Below are positions 54,783-64,000 of a stretch of 64,000 nucleotides of DNA, in pieces. The position numbers and the translations under genes were made by a program. This DNA is from Thermoplasmata archaeon (GTDB taxonomy: Archaea > Thermoplasmatota > SW-10-69-26 > JACQPN01 > JAJPHT01). Under the pieces are notes generated by a model. The model was not told the DNA's origin. It ran no database searches and worked only from the letters and a program-made list of their open reading frames with translations. Every line of letters begins with the position of its first letter. Position 1 is the stretch's first letter. The stretch lies in NCBI GenBank assembly GCA_034667685.1, contig JAXDQU010000079.1, forward strand, positions 1 through 64,000, given 5' to 3'.

Positions 54783-56363
54783 ATGAAGGGCACCTCTGCC
54801 GCGCTCCTCCTCGTCGCCATGATGCTGGGCGCCGGCTGCCTCGCCTCCACCGAGACGCCCGCCTCGACCTCCGCCGCCGCGGGCGTCGGCGCCACCGTGA
54901 AGACGGCCGCCGCGCTCGCCTTCACCGCGGGCGACAACCTCTCCGGCGCGCCCATCGCGGGCGTCGTGCCGGCGACGCTCTACATCAAGCACGACGGGGG
55001 CGAGCCCACCCTCGGCATCACGAAGGACGGCACGCTCTTCTACGCGGGCGCCACGTTCAAGAACGATATCGCGGGCCAGGACGTCTGCGCCAGCCAGCCC
55101 GTCGTGGGCGCGCCGGCGTGCCTGCCGCGCACCGACATCCTGCGCAGCAGCGACGGGGGGAAGACCTGGAAGGACGTCACGCCCTACCTGCCCGGCGGCC
55201 TCGTGCGCGAGCACCCCGACACGGGCGATCCGTACGTCTACGTCGACCCCGCGACCTCGCGCGTCTTCGACATCGACCAGCGCCTCTCGACCACGTGCCA
55301 CACGGTCACGTACAGCGACGACAAGGGCGACTCGTGGGACCCGGTGGACGCGAAGGCGTGCCAGTCGCCGCCCGCGGACCACCAGACGATCGTGGCCGCC
55401 AAGCCCCGCCTGATCCCGGCGATGCCCGTCTACCCCGAGATCGTCTACTACTGCAACAACCAGATCGCCGCGTCCTCGTGCGCGCGCAGCCTGGATGGCG
55501 GCCAGACGTTCACCGCGACGCCGCCCCCCTTCCTGGGCGTCGAGAGCGACACGAGCGTCGCCCCCAACATGACGGACCCGACCAACCCCGATATCAACAA
55601 CCTCTGCGGCGGCCTGCACGGCCACCTGAAGGCGGCGCCCGACGGCACGGTCTACCTGCCCAAGGCGCAGTGCGGCCGCGCGATGGTCGCCGTCACGCAG
55701 GACGACGGCACCTCGTGGACGGCGCAGACCGTCAGCGACATGCCCGCCACGGGCGACCCGAGCGTCGCGGTCGACAAGGCCGGCACGGCGTACTACCTCT
55801 TCCTGGGCGCGAAGGACCTCCACGTCTACCTGGCGAGCAGCAAGGACGCGGGCGCCCACTGGACGAAGCCCGTGGACGTGACCGCGCCGGGCATCGCGAT
55901 CGCCAACCTGCCGCAGATCACGGCCGGCGATGCGGGCCGCGTGGCGCTGGCCTACGTGGGCACGACGACCAAGGACGCCTACAAGATCCCCGACAACGAC
56001 ACGAGCGCGCTCAACAACGAGACGTGGGACGGCTACCTCTCCATCATCACGGGCGCCGACACCGCGAAGCCCGGCGTCGTCACCACGCGCGTGAACGACG
56101 CGGGCGACCCGCTCGTGCGCGGTCCGTGCGGGCCCGGCCGCTGCCGCAGCCTCTTCGACTTCCTCGACGTGCAGATGGACGCCGACGGCCGCCCGTGGGT
56201 CGCCATGGTCGACAACTGCATGGACAACTGCAGCAAGGCCGACGGCACCGCGAAGGAGAGCACCGCGTCGGCGGGCTTCGTGGCGACGCTCGCCGAGGGC
56301 CCGGGCCTCCTGGCCAACGAGATCGCGCTGCCGCCGATCCACGCCGCTGGGAAATCGGGCTGA
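54783..56363 (+). CDS. BNR/Asp-box (sialidase-fold) lipoprotein, paralog 1
   Basis: GAGC lipobox; SSDGGKTW-type Asp boxes. Confidence 0.85.
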   Translation: MKGTSAALLLVAMMLGAGCLASTETPASTSAAAGVGATVKTAAALAFTAGDNLSGAPIAGVVPATLYIKHDGGEPTLGITKDGTLFYAGATFKNDIAGQDVCASQPVVGAPACLPRTDILRSSDGGKTWKDVTPYLPGGLVREHPDTGDPYVYVDPATSRVFDIDQRLSTTCHTVTYSDDKGDSWDPVDAKACQSPPADHQTIVAAKPRLIPAMPVYPEIVYYCNNQIAASSCARSLDGGQTFTATPPPFLGVESDTSVAPNMTDPTNPDINNLCGGLHGHLKAAPDGTVYLPKAQCGRAMVAVTQDDGTSWTAQTVSDMPATGDPSVAVDKAGTAYYLFLGAKDLHVYLASSKDAGAHWTKPVDVTAPGIAIANLPQITAGDAGRVALAYVGTTTKDAYKIPDNDTSALNNETWDGYLSIITGADTAKPGVVTTRVNDAGDPLVRGPCGPGRCRSLFDFLDVQMDADGRPWVAMVDNCMDNCSKADGTAKESTASAGFVATLAEGPGLLANEIALPPIHAAGKSG

Positions 56364-56378
56364 CGCTGCGCGGCTTGT

Positions 56379-56456
56379 CCCGTGGCGCCCGAGGGACCCG
56401 AGGCGCCCGAGGCCTCCAAACCACGGGTGCCACGGGCGCCTCGGGTCCCACGGGCG
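56379..56456. repeat. Palindrome of nonamer units (CCCGWGGNN)
   Basis: Four units followed by four reverse-complement units. Confidence 0.8.
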
Positions 56457-56515
56457 TGGCCCGCCGCAGGCGCCGGCACGAAAGCGCCAAATCCCCGCGG
56501 CCGGATCGCCCCGGC

Positions 56516-57562
56516 ATGCAGGGCGCCCCGACGCGGAGCTTCGCGAGCGACAACAACAGCGGCGTGCACCCGCGCGTCATGCAGGCGCTGGCCGAGGCCA
56601 ACCGCGACCACGTGCTGGCGTACGGCGACGACGCCTGGACGCAGCGCGCCGAGGCGAAGCTGCGCGAGGCGTTCGGGGCCGACGCGCGCGCCTTCTTCGT
56701 GTTCAACGGCACGGGCGCCAACGTGCTCGGCCTGGCCGCGATGATGCGTCCGTGGGAGTGCGTGCTCACGACCGAGTGGGCGCACCTGGCGAGCGACGAG
56801 TGCGCGGCGCCCGAGAAGTTCCTGGGCAGCAAGGTCGTCACGATCCGCGCGCCGGAGGGCAAGCTCACGCCCGAGTCGGTGAAGCCGTTCGTGAAGGGGA
56901 TCGGCGACCAGCACCACGCGCAGCCGCGCGTCATCTCGATCACGCAGAGCACCGAGCTTGGCACCGTGTACCGCCCCGAGGAGATCCGCGCGCTGGCCGA
57001 CTTCGCGCACCAGCGCCAGATGTACCTTCACGTGGATGGGGCGCGGCTCGCCAACGCCGCCGCCGCGCTGGGCGTGCCGCTGCGCGCGATCACGACCGAC
57101 GCGGGCGTGGACGTGCTCTCGTTGGGCGGCACGAAGAACGGTCTCATGTTCGGCGAGGCCGTCGTCGCGCTCCGCCCCGAGCTGGCCAAGGACATGCGGT
57201 TCCTGCGCAAGCAGGGCATGCAGCTCGCCAGCAAGATGCGCTTCGTCTCCGCGCAGTTCGAGGCGCTCCTCACCGACGACCTGTGGCGGGAGAGCGCGGG
57301 GCACGCGAACCGCATGGCGCGGCTCCTGGCCGACGAGGCGTCTCGCGTGCCCGGCGTCAAGCTCGCGCGCCCGTGCGAAGCCAACGCCGTCTTCCCGATC
57401 CTGCCGAAGCCGGCGGCCGACGCGCTGCTGCGCGACTGGCTCTTCTACCCGTGGAACGAGGCGACCGGCGAGTACCGCTGGGTGTGCAGCTTCGACACGA
57501 CCGAGGACGACGTGAAGCGCTTCGTCTCCGCGCTGCGCGACGCCATGACGAAGCACCGTTGA
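56516..57562 (+). CDS. ltaE: Low-specificity L-threonine aldolase
   Basis: SFASDN, AYGDD, GTGAN, HVDGARLANA, GGTKNG. Confidence 0.92.
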   Translation: MQGAPTRSFASDNNSGVHPRVMQALAEANRDHVLAYGDDAWTQRAEAKLREAFGADARAFFVFNGTGANVLGLAAMMRPWECVLTTEWAHLASDECAAPEKFLGSKVVTIRAPEGKLTPESVKPFVKGIGDQHHAQPRVISITQSTELGTVYRPEEIRALADFAHQRQMYLHVDGARLANAAAALGVPLRAITTDAGVDVLSLGGTKNGLMFGEAVVALRPELAKDMRFLRKQGMQLASKMRFVSAQFEALLTDDLWRESAGHANRMARLLADEASRVPGVKLARPCEANAVFPILPKPAADALLRDWLFYPWNEATGEYRWVCSFDTTEDDVKRFVSALRDAMTKHR

Positions 57563-57584
57563 GGACGCTGGCGCTTCGCGCCGA

Positions 57585-57644
57585 GGGAAGACGGGAAGAC
57601 GGGAAGACGTTGGAACGAATGTCTTCCCGTCTTCCTGTCTTCCC
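57585..57644. repeat. Palindrome of octamer units (GGGAAGAC)3 / (GTCTTCCY)3
   Basis: Read directly from the sequence; a degenerate copy lies at 24301-24337. Confidence 0.9.
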
Positions 57645-57707
57645 TGCTCCGCCGGAGGCGGCCCGCACTACAAGAAACGCTAAGAGCCCGGCGCGGGTGC
57701 GAAACGC

Positions 57708-59270
57708 ATGCGTCTCGGCGCCCTCGCGCTCCTCTCCATGCTCCTCGCGGCCGGCTGCGTCACGTCGAACGCGCCGGGCGCCACGACCCAGCCTCCCGGC
57801 GCGGTGGGCGCCACCTTCGCCACGGCCGACGCCATCGTGCACGTCGCGGGCGACAACGCCTCGGGCCGCCTCGCCTCGGGCATCCTGCCCGCGAGCTTCC
57901 TCGTGAACCACGACGCCGGCGAGCCGACGCTGGGCGTGGCCAAGGACGGCGCGCTCTACTACGCGGCCGTCACGTTCCAGAACGACGTCGCCGGCCAGCC
58001 CGCGTGCGCCCCCGAGACGCCCATCAGCGGCGGCACGTGCCTGCCGCGCACGGACATCCTCAAGTCGGTCGACGGCGGCAAGACGTGGAAGGACGTCACG
58101 CCCTACTTCCCCGGCGGCGCGGTGCGCATGCACCCCGAGACGGGCGACGGCTACGTCTACGTCGACGCGGAGACGGGCCGCATCTTCGACGTCGACCAGG
58201 AGGGCCTCGTCACGTGCTACAACCTCGCGTACAGCGACGACGGGGGCGCCTCGTGGATGGGCGACTTCCCCGCGTGCCAGTCGCCGCCCGCGGACCACCA
58301 GACGATCGTCGCCGCCAAGCCGCGCCTGCTGCCCGCGAGCCCCGCCTACCCGAAGATCGTCTACGTCTGCTACAACCAGATCGCCACCTCGACGTGCGTG
58401 CGCAGCGTGGACGGCGGCGTCAACTTCGCCACGACGGGCCCCGTGGGCGACGCGGGCGCCGACCCGAGCCAGGGCGCCGGCACGAAGGCCGTGTGCAGCG
58501 CGCTCGTGGGGCACCTCAAGGCCGCGCCCGACGGCACGGTCTATCTTCCGCGCCGCCAGTGCGACCTCCCCGAGGTCGCCGTGACGCAGGACGACGGCAC
58601 CACGTGGAGCCTCGTCCAGGTCTCCGACGTCAAGACGTACTACGGCGGCGGCACCGTGGGCATGGACCCCGCGGTGGCCGTGGACGCCAAGGGGACGGCG
58701 TACTACGTCTTCGAGGGCGCGGACGGCCACATGTGGCTCTCGCACAGCAAGGACGCCGGCAAGACGTGGAGCAAGGCGCAGGACGTGACGGGCCCCGGCC
58801 TCACGGTCGCCAACCTCGCGGCGCTCACCGCAGGCGATGCCGGCCGCGTGGCGCTCACCTACGTCGCGTCCAACGTGCCGGGCGGCTACGCGGCCAAGCA
58901 GGAGGCGATGGACAACGCGACTTGGGACGGATTCCTCAGCGTCATCGTCGGCGCGGACACCGACAAGCCCACGCTCACCACCGTGCGCATCAACCCGGGT
59001 GACGACCCGCTGGTGCGCGGCGCGTGCGGGCCGGGCCGCTGCAAGAACCCGGGCCTCGTGGACTTCCTCGACGTGCAGATGGACCCGCGCGACGGCCGCC
59101 CCTGGGCGAGCTTCGTGGACAACTGCGTCGAGAAGTGCGCCATGCCCAACGGCACGGCCAAGGACTCGACGGGCGACAAGGGCTTCGTGGCGACCCTGGC
59201 GAGCGGGCCTTCGCTCCTGGAGAAGGTCGGGACGCTCGGGCCGATCCTGCCGGCTTCGAAGAGCGGCTGA
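57708..59270 (+). CDS. BNR/Asp-box lipoprotein, paralog 2
   Basis: Colinear with 54783-56363 (CLPRTDIL, ACQSPPADHQTIVAAKPRL, GHLKAAPDGTVYLP). Confidence 0.85.
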   Translation: MRLGALALLSMLLAAGCVTSNAPGATTQPPGAVGATFATADAIVHVAGDNASGRLASGILPASFLVNHDAGEPTLGVAKDGALYYAAVTFQNDVAGQPACAPETPISGGTCLPRTDILKSVDGGKTWKDVTPYFPGGAVRMHPETGDGYVYVDAETGRIFDVDQEGLVTCYNLAYSDDGGASWMGDFPACQSPPADHQTIVAAKPRLLPASPAYPKIVYVCYNQIATSTCVRSVDGGVNFATTGPVGDAGADPSQGAGTKAVCSALVGHLKAAPDGTVYLPRRQCDLPEVAVTQDDGTTWSLVQVSDVKTYYGGGTVGMDPAVAVDAKGTAYYVFEGADGHMWLSHSKDAGKTWSKAQDVTGPGLTVANLAALTAGDAGRVALTYVASNVPGGYAAKQEAMDNATWDGFLSVIVGADTDKPTLTTVRINPGDDPLVRGACGPGRCKNPGLVDFLDVQMDPRDGRPWASFVDNCVEKCAMPNGTAKDSTGDKGFVATLASGPSLLEKVGTLGPILPASKSG

Positions 59271-59281
59271 GCGCCCCCGTT

Positions 59282-59373
59282 GGCTCCGCATGCGGAGACG
59301 CGGAGAGCGCGGAGGCCGCGGAGGTTGAAGGCACCGCGGTCACCGCGTCCTCCGCGCCTCCGCATGCGGAGCC
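59282..59373. repeat. Palindrome with CGCGGAG-based units
   Basis: GGCTCCGCATGCGGAG (59282-59297) and its reverse complement (59358-59373) enclose CGCGGAG/CTCCGCG units. Confidence 0.8.
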
Positions 59374-59425
59374 CGTCGAGGCGCCAAAAGAGCCTTAGCG
59401 GAAGCCCAGCCTGGCGCGGCGTAGC

Positions 59426-60118
59426 ATGAGCCGCAAGTGGCTGCGCGAGCGCAGCAAGGACTTCTGGTACAAGCTCGCCAAGAAGGAAGGGTGGCGCACC
59501 CGCGCGAGCTTCAAGCTCATGCAGATCGACGAGAAGTTCGACCTCTTCTTCGAGGGCGCGCGCGTCGTCGACCTGGGCGCGGCGCCGGGCGGCTGGAGCC
59601 AGGTCGCGGTGGAGCTGGTCGGCCCCGAGGGCAAGGTCGTGGGCGTGGACCTCGACCGCATCGAGCCCATGGAGGGCGTCACGTTCCTGCGCGGCGACAT
59701 GACGCAGCCGGACACGGTGGCGCGCACCATGGAAGCGTGCGGCGGGGTCGCCGACGTCGTGATCAGCGACATGAGCCCCAACATCAGCGGCGCGTACGCC
59801 ACCGACCACGCGCGCTCGATCCACCTCTGCGAGATGGCGCTCGACTTCGCGGGCAAGGTGCTCGTGCGCGACGGCGCGTTCGTCTGCAAGGTGTTCGAGG
59901 GCGACATGTTCCATCCGTTCCTGGAGCAGGTGCGCGCGCAGTTCCGCGACGTGAAGGTCGCCAACCCCGCCGCCAGCCGCGCCGCGAGCAGCGAGGTCTA
60001 CGTCGTCGCGCAGGGCTTCAAGGGGCCGGGCAGGTACCCGCCGCTCGCGAAGCCCGCCGAGTGGGAAGAGGGCGACGAGCTGCCGGCCTCGCGGAAGGAG
60101 CGCAAGGCGCGCGGCTGA
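59426..60118 (+). CDS. rlmE: 23S rRNA 2'-O-methyltransferase RlmE/FtsJ
   Basis: RASFKL, DLGAAPGGWSQ, SDMSPNISG, SSEVY. Confidence 0.93.
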   Translation: MSRKWLRERSKDFWYKLAKKEGWRTRASFKLMQIDEKFDLFFEGARVVDLGAAPGGWSQVAVELVGPEGKVVGVDLDRIEPMEGVTFLRGDMTQPDTVARTMEACGGVADVVISDMSPNISGAYATDHARSIHLCEMALDFAGKVLVRDGAFVCKVFEGDMFHPFLEQVRAQFRDVKVANPAASRAASSEVYVVAQGFKGPGRYPPLAKPAEWEEGDELPASRKERKARG

Positions 60119-60166
60119 GGCTGCGGCGCCGGCAGGATCATCCGCGCCGCGACGCTCGGCGCGGTC

Positions 60167-60748
60167 ATGCTCGTTCCCGCCACGACGCCCCTCGCCATCG
60201 CCACGTCGATCCTCGCGCTCGTCGCGGGGCTCGTGCTCACCTTCTCGGGCTATCGGCTCGCGCGCAGCCTCGCGACGATCGCGGGCTTCATCACCGGCTT
60301 CGTCATCGGCCTCGGCCTGGGCGCCGCGCTGGCGGGCCCCGTGGGCGCGCTGGTCGGCGCCATCGTGCTGGGCATCGCGCTGGCGCTCCTCTTCCGGTTC
60401 GCGTTCCGCTTCGCGGGCGCGGTCGTGGGCGCGCTGGCGGGCATGTCCGTCGCGGCGAACCTGGGCTGGCCGATCTGGGCGCTCGTCGTGGCCGCCATCG
60501 TGGGCGGCGTCGCGGGCCTCCTGCTCAACAAGATCGCCATCGTGACGTTCACCGCGCTCGTGGGCGCGTCGCTCGCCGTCAAGGCGGGCGCCGAGCTGCT
60601 CTACGGCCTGACGCCGTACTACCTGAAGATGGAGGTGCTGGGGCTCCTCCTCGCCACGATCGTGCTCGCGTCGGCGGGCATCCTCTCGCAGATGCGCAGC
60701 CTGCGCGGCGAGGACGAGGCGCCCGGGGTCCGCGGCAGCGCGAGCTAA
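60167..60748 (+). CDS. DUF4203-like membrane protein
   Basis: Gly-rich TM helices; FSGYRL start motif. Confidence 0.7.
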   Translation: MLVPATTPLAIATSILALVAGLVLTFSGYRLARSLATIAGFITGFVIGLGLGAALAGPVGALVGAIVLGIALALLFRFAFRFAGAVVGALAGMSVAANLGWPIWALVVAAIVGGVAGLLLNKIAIVTFTALVGASLAVKAGAELLYGLTPYYLKMEVLGLLLATIVLASAGILSQMRSLRGEDEAPGVRGSAS

Positions 60749-60781
60749 GCCTCAAGCCCCGTCGCCTGCTCGCCCGCGAGC

Positions 60782-61609
60782 ATGCAGGTCGTGCGCATCG
60801 CCCACAGCCCTGACCCGGACGACGCCTTCATGGCGTGGGCGCTGCACGCGGGCGTCGTGCGCGACCCGGAGCTGCGCGTCGAGCTCGTGCCCCTCGACAT
60901 CGAGACGGCCAACCAGATGGCGCTCCGCGGCGAAGGCCCTGAGGCGACGGCGCTCTCGATGGCGACGTTCGCCCGTGTCGCGGACCGCTACTGGCTGCTG
61001 CCGCACGGCGCGTCGTTCGGCGAGGGCTACGGGCCGATCGTCGTCGCGCGCAAGGAGGTCGATCTCCGCGAGGTCGAGATCGCGGCGCCCGGCGCGGGCA
61101 CGACGGCCTACGCGACACTCCGCATGGCGCTCCCGCGGGCCCGCTGCCGCCAGATGCCCTTCGACGCGATCCTGCCCGCCGTCCAGCGCGGCGAGGCCGA
61201 GGCGGGCCTGCTCATCCACGAGGGGCAGCTCACCTGGCAGCGCGAGGGCGTCGTGAAGCTGCTGGACCTCGGCGTCTGGTGGAAGGAGGAGACCGGCCTG
61301 CCGCTTCCCCTGGGTGTCACCGCGATCCGCAAGGACGTGGGCCCCGCGCTCGCCGCGCGCGTCGACGCGCTCATGCGCGCCAGCATCGAGGCGGGCCTCG
61401 CGCGCCGCGCCGAGGCGCTCGCCTACGCGCGCGGGTTCGGGCGCGGCATCCCCCTGGAGGACGCCGATCGCTTCGTCGCGATGTACGTGAACGACCTGAC
61501 GCGCGACATGCGCCCGCGTGGCCTCGCCGGTGTGCACGAGTGGGTCCGGCGCGCCGCGGAGGCGGGCATCGTGCCGCGCGCGGACGTCCACATGGCGCCA
61601 TCTCCATAA
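60782..61609 (+). CDS. mqnD: 1,4-dihydroxy-6-naphthoate synthase-like (futalosine menaquinone pathway)
   Basis: AHSPDPDDAFM, GASFGEGYGP, LLIHEGQLT, LPLPLG, MYVN. Confidence 0.9.
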   Translation: MQVVRIAHSPDPDDAFMAWALHAGVVRDPELRVELVPLDIETANQMALRGEGPEATALSMATFARVADRYWLLPHGASFGEGYGPIVVARKEVDLREVEIAAPGAGTTAYATLRMALPRARCRQMPFDAILPAVQRGEAEAGLLIHEGQLTWQREGVVKLLDLGVWWKEETGLPLPLGVTAIRKDVGPALAARVDALMRASIEAGLARRAEALAYARGFGRGIPLEDADRFVAMYVNDLTRDMRPRGLAGVHEWVRRAAEAGIVPRADVHMAPSP

Positions 61610-61640
61610 TCTTCATGAGCGAGCCTCCCGAGTCCGCCGC

Positions 61641-64000
61641 GTGGCGTCGCTCCGGCTCGCAGCGCGCATGGCGTGGCGCAACCTCGTGCGCCGCCGCGCG
61701 CAGACGGCCATCGTGCTCGCCGGGCTTCTGGTGGGCACCGCGGTCGTGACCGCCTCGCTCACCGTGGCCGACAGCCTGCGCTACGGCATCCGCAAGGCGA
61801 CGTACGATGGCCTGGGCCCCGCCGACGAGTTCGTGCAGCTCGCCGGCCAGCGCTACTTCCCGCAATCGGCGTACGGCGCGCTCGCCAACGACAGCGCCCT
61901 GAGCGCGGCGAGCCATGCGCTCTCGCCCGTCGTCATCGACGTGGGCAGCGTCCGCGACGCGCGCACGCGCGAGACCGAGCCGGGCGTCGGGCTCGCGGGC
62001 TTCGACGCCAAGCTCGACGCACCCTTCGGGATGCTGACGCTCACCGATGGCCGGCGCGTGGACGGCAGCGCGCTGGGCCCGAACGACGCCTACCTGCGCG
62101 AGGACGTGGCCCGGCGCCTCGACGCCAAGGTGGGCGACACGCTGGTCGTGGGCGTGCAGCAGGCGGGCCTCCCGCTCACCGACCTCTCGTACCCCGTCTC
62201 GGGAAGCATCAGCGGCGCGGGCGCGGGCTGCCCGACGGCGCCCGTCCCGGTCCCGAACCTGCCCGTGCAGCCGCCCTGCGCGTACACGCCCGACCCGGCC
62301 GACAACACCAGCTACACGATCCCCGTGGCGCGCGGCGCGGCGCTCATCACGATCCTGCTGGAGCCCATCGGGCCCGAGGACTCGCCCACGCGCCCCGACC
62401 TTGATATCATCGCGACCTCGCCCAGCGGCAACCGCACCGCGGCCACGGGCGGAGCGCCCGGCTCGCCCAGCGACCCCGCCGTCCTCCGCATCGAGGGCAA
62501 CCGCTACCTGGAACGCGGCAACTGGATCGTCCAGGTCACGACGAAGGGCGGCGCGGCGGGCAAGTTCACGGGCGCGATCTTCGTCTCCTACGCGCAATAC
62601 GACGCGACCGGCAGCGGCGCGGGCGAGGGCGCGACCGTCGTGGGAGACGCGGACGCGAGCGCGTACCTCGCGGTGGGCGCCAGCAGCGCCGCGCACGCCA
62701 ACCTCACGCTCAAGGGCATCGTCACGCGCGAAGGGAAGGGTGCCTTCCTGGGCACGACGGGCCTCTTCGTCGGCCTCGCCACCGCGCAATCGCTCGTGGG
62801 CCAGCCCGGCATGGTCAACGCGGTCAAGATCAGCAACGCGCACGACGCCGCGCCCCCGACGCAGGCCGCCACGCGCGTGCTCGACGGCCTGCGCGCCGCG
62901 AACCCGGACGATCCGGTCTACGATCACCTCGCGGTCGCGCCCGTGAAGGCGCAGGGGCTCGCCGCCGCCGAGCAGGAGAGCAAGTTCTACCGCGACTTCC
63001 TCGCCGCCGTCTCCACGCTGACGCTCCTCGCGGGCGCGCTGCTCGTCGTGCACGTCTTCATCCTGCTCGCCGCCGAGCGCAAGCGCGAGCTGGGCGCCGC
63101 GCGCGCCATCGGCCTCCAGCGGCGCGACGTCGTGCTGTCGTTCACGATCGAAGGCTTCCTCCTCGCTCTCCTCGCCGCGGCGGGCGGCGTGCTCGTGGGC
63201 GTCGCGGGCGCGGGCGGCGTGCTGCTCGGCTTCGACTACATCCTGAGCGCGGTGGGCACGAACCTCGGCACGTTCGTGCTGCACCCCGAGGCGCAGAGCC
63301 TCCTTCTCGCCGCCGCGCTGGGCTTCGGGCTCACGCTCGCCGCCGCGGCCGGCGCCTCGTGGCGCGTGGGCGGCATGAACCTCGTGCGCGCGCTGCGCGG
63401 CCAGGAAGATGATATCACCGCGCCGCGCCGCTCGTGGACGGGCGTCGCGGGGCTCGCCGTGCTGGGCGCGCTCTCGCTCGCGGCGGGCCCCTTCGCGGCG
63501 CTCGCCTTCGGCCCCGCGTGCCTGATCGGGATCCTCGCGCTGCTGCCGCGCCGCGCGTGGGCCCTCGCGCTGGGCGGGCTCGCGCTGCTCGTCGAGGGCG
63601 CCCTCTCCATCTTCCTCCTGACGCCGCCGGCCGACGCCGCCGGCCGCGTGATGGGCGTCCTGCGCGGCGTGCCCCCCGCGCTGGGCCTCGCGCTCCTCGC
63701 GCTCAACACCGACGCCCTCGCGCGTGGCGCCGAGCGCGCCCTCTCGATGGTGAAGCGGCTGCGCCCCACCGCGCCCCTCGCCGTGCGCTACCCGTTCCGC
63801 CGGCGCGGGCAGACCGGCCTCACCGTCTCGATGTTCGCCTTCGTGACGCTCGTGCTGGTCTTCTTCAGCATCTTCGGCACGACGTTCGCCCTTGATATCA
63901 ACGGCGAGACGGGCGGCTACCACGTCTACGCGACGACGGACGCGCCCTACAGCGACCTGCGCTACGCCTATGACTTGCTGCCCGCGGCGGCGCGCGACCC
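61641..64000 (+). CDS. FtsX/MacB-like ABC transporter permease, runs off the window end
   Basis: MAWRNLVRRRAQT..., ERKRELGAARAIG. Missing from the ORF track because it has no stop inside the window. Confidence 0.85.
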   Translation, partial: MASLRLAARMAWRNLVRRRAQTAIVLAGLLVGTAVVTASLTVADSLRYGIRKATYDGLGPADEFVQLAGQRYFPQSAYGALANDSALSAASHALSPVVIDVGSVRDARTRETEPGVGLAGFDAKLDAPFGMLTLTDGRRVDGSALGPNDAYLREDVARRLDAKVGDTLVVGVQQAGLPLTDLSYPVSGSISGAGAGCPTAPVPVPNLPVQPPCAYTPDPADNTSYTIPVARGAALITILLEPIGPEDSPTRPDLDIIATSPSGNRTAATGGAPGSPSDPAVLRIEGNRYLERGNWIVQVTTKGGAAGKFTGAIFVSYAQYDATGSGAGEGATVVGDADASAYLAVGASSAAHANLTLKGIVTREGKGAFLGTTGLFVGLATAQSLVGQPGMVNAVKISNAHDAAPPTQAATRVLDGLRAANPDDPVYDHLAVAPVKAQGLAAAEQESKFYRDFLAAVSTLTLLAGALLVVHVFILLAAERKRELGAARAIGLQRRDVVLSFTIEGFLLALLAAAGGVLVGVAGAGGVLLGFDYILSAVGTNLGTFVLHPEAQSLLLAAALGFGLTLAAAAGASWRVGGMNLVRALRGQEDDITAPRRSWTGVAGLAVLGALSLAAGPFAALAFGPACLIGILALLPRRAWALALGGLALLVEGALSIFLLTPPADAAGRVMGVLRGVPPALGLALLALNTDALARGAERALSMVKRLRPTAPLAVRYPFRRRGQTGLTVSMFAFVTLVLVFFSIFGTTFALDINGETGGYHVYATTDAPYSDLRYAYDLLPAAARD

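Noticed and set aside
7-64000. Numerous long Arg/Ala/Pro-rich ORFs in the six-frame track (e.g. 29446-31656, 31857-34322, 38927-41545, 61371-63923)
   Set aside because: These are alternate-frame or antisense shadows of real genes, as expected in high-GC DNA with few stop codons.

Overview
High-GC archaeal DNA. Archaeal evidence: archaeal-type S10, Elp3 and KptA, PGF-CTERM-like sorting tails, TATA promoters with leaderless starts, and tRNAs without encoded CCA. The proteins are not acidic, so it is not a haloarchaeon; a Thermoplasmatota lineage is my best guess (inference). Bases 1 to ~17,510 are an integrated virus-like element, cut off at the window start and ending at tRNA-Arg(TCT). It carries a hairpin-rich origin-like region, a small two-helix protein closely resembling the SSV1 VP1/VP3 capsid protein of spindle-shaped viruses, two large membrane-anchored glycoprotein-like adhesins, and a tiny basic protein with an apparent ATA start. 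These are followed by a Zot/pI-like ATPase translationally coupled to an IS91-like HUH rolling-circle endonuclease, a block of cell-surface cargo genes, zinc-finger microproteins and an intact tyrosine integrase. The rest (17.6-64 kb) is host chromosome: gdhA, kptA, split transketolase, purM, terC, rpsJ, elp3, lplA/lipA, threonine aldolase, rlmE, mqnD, tRNA-Met, a VapBC-type pair and many secreted or lipoproteins. Two non-coding patterns recur in the host part: about ten intergenic palindromes built from 6-9 nt tandem units, and duplicated gene termini (rpsJ 3' end, thioesterase 5' end, tRNA-Arg 3' end) separated by short hairpin inserts. All homology calls come from motif recognition by eye; no searches were run.
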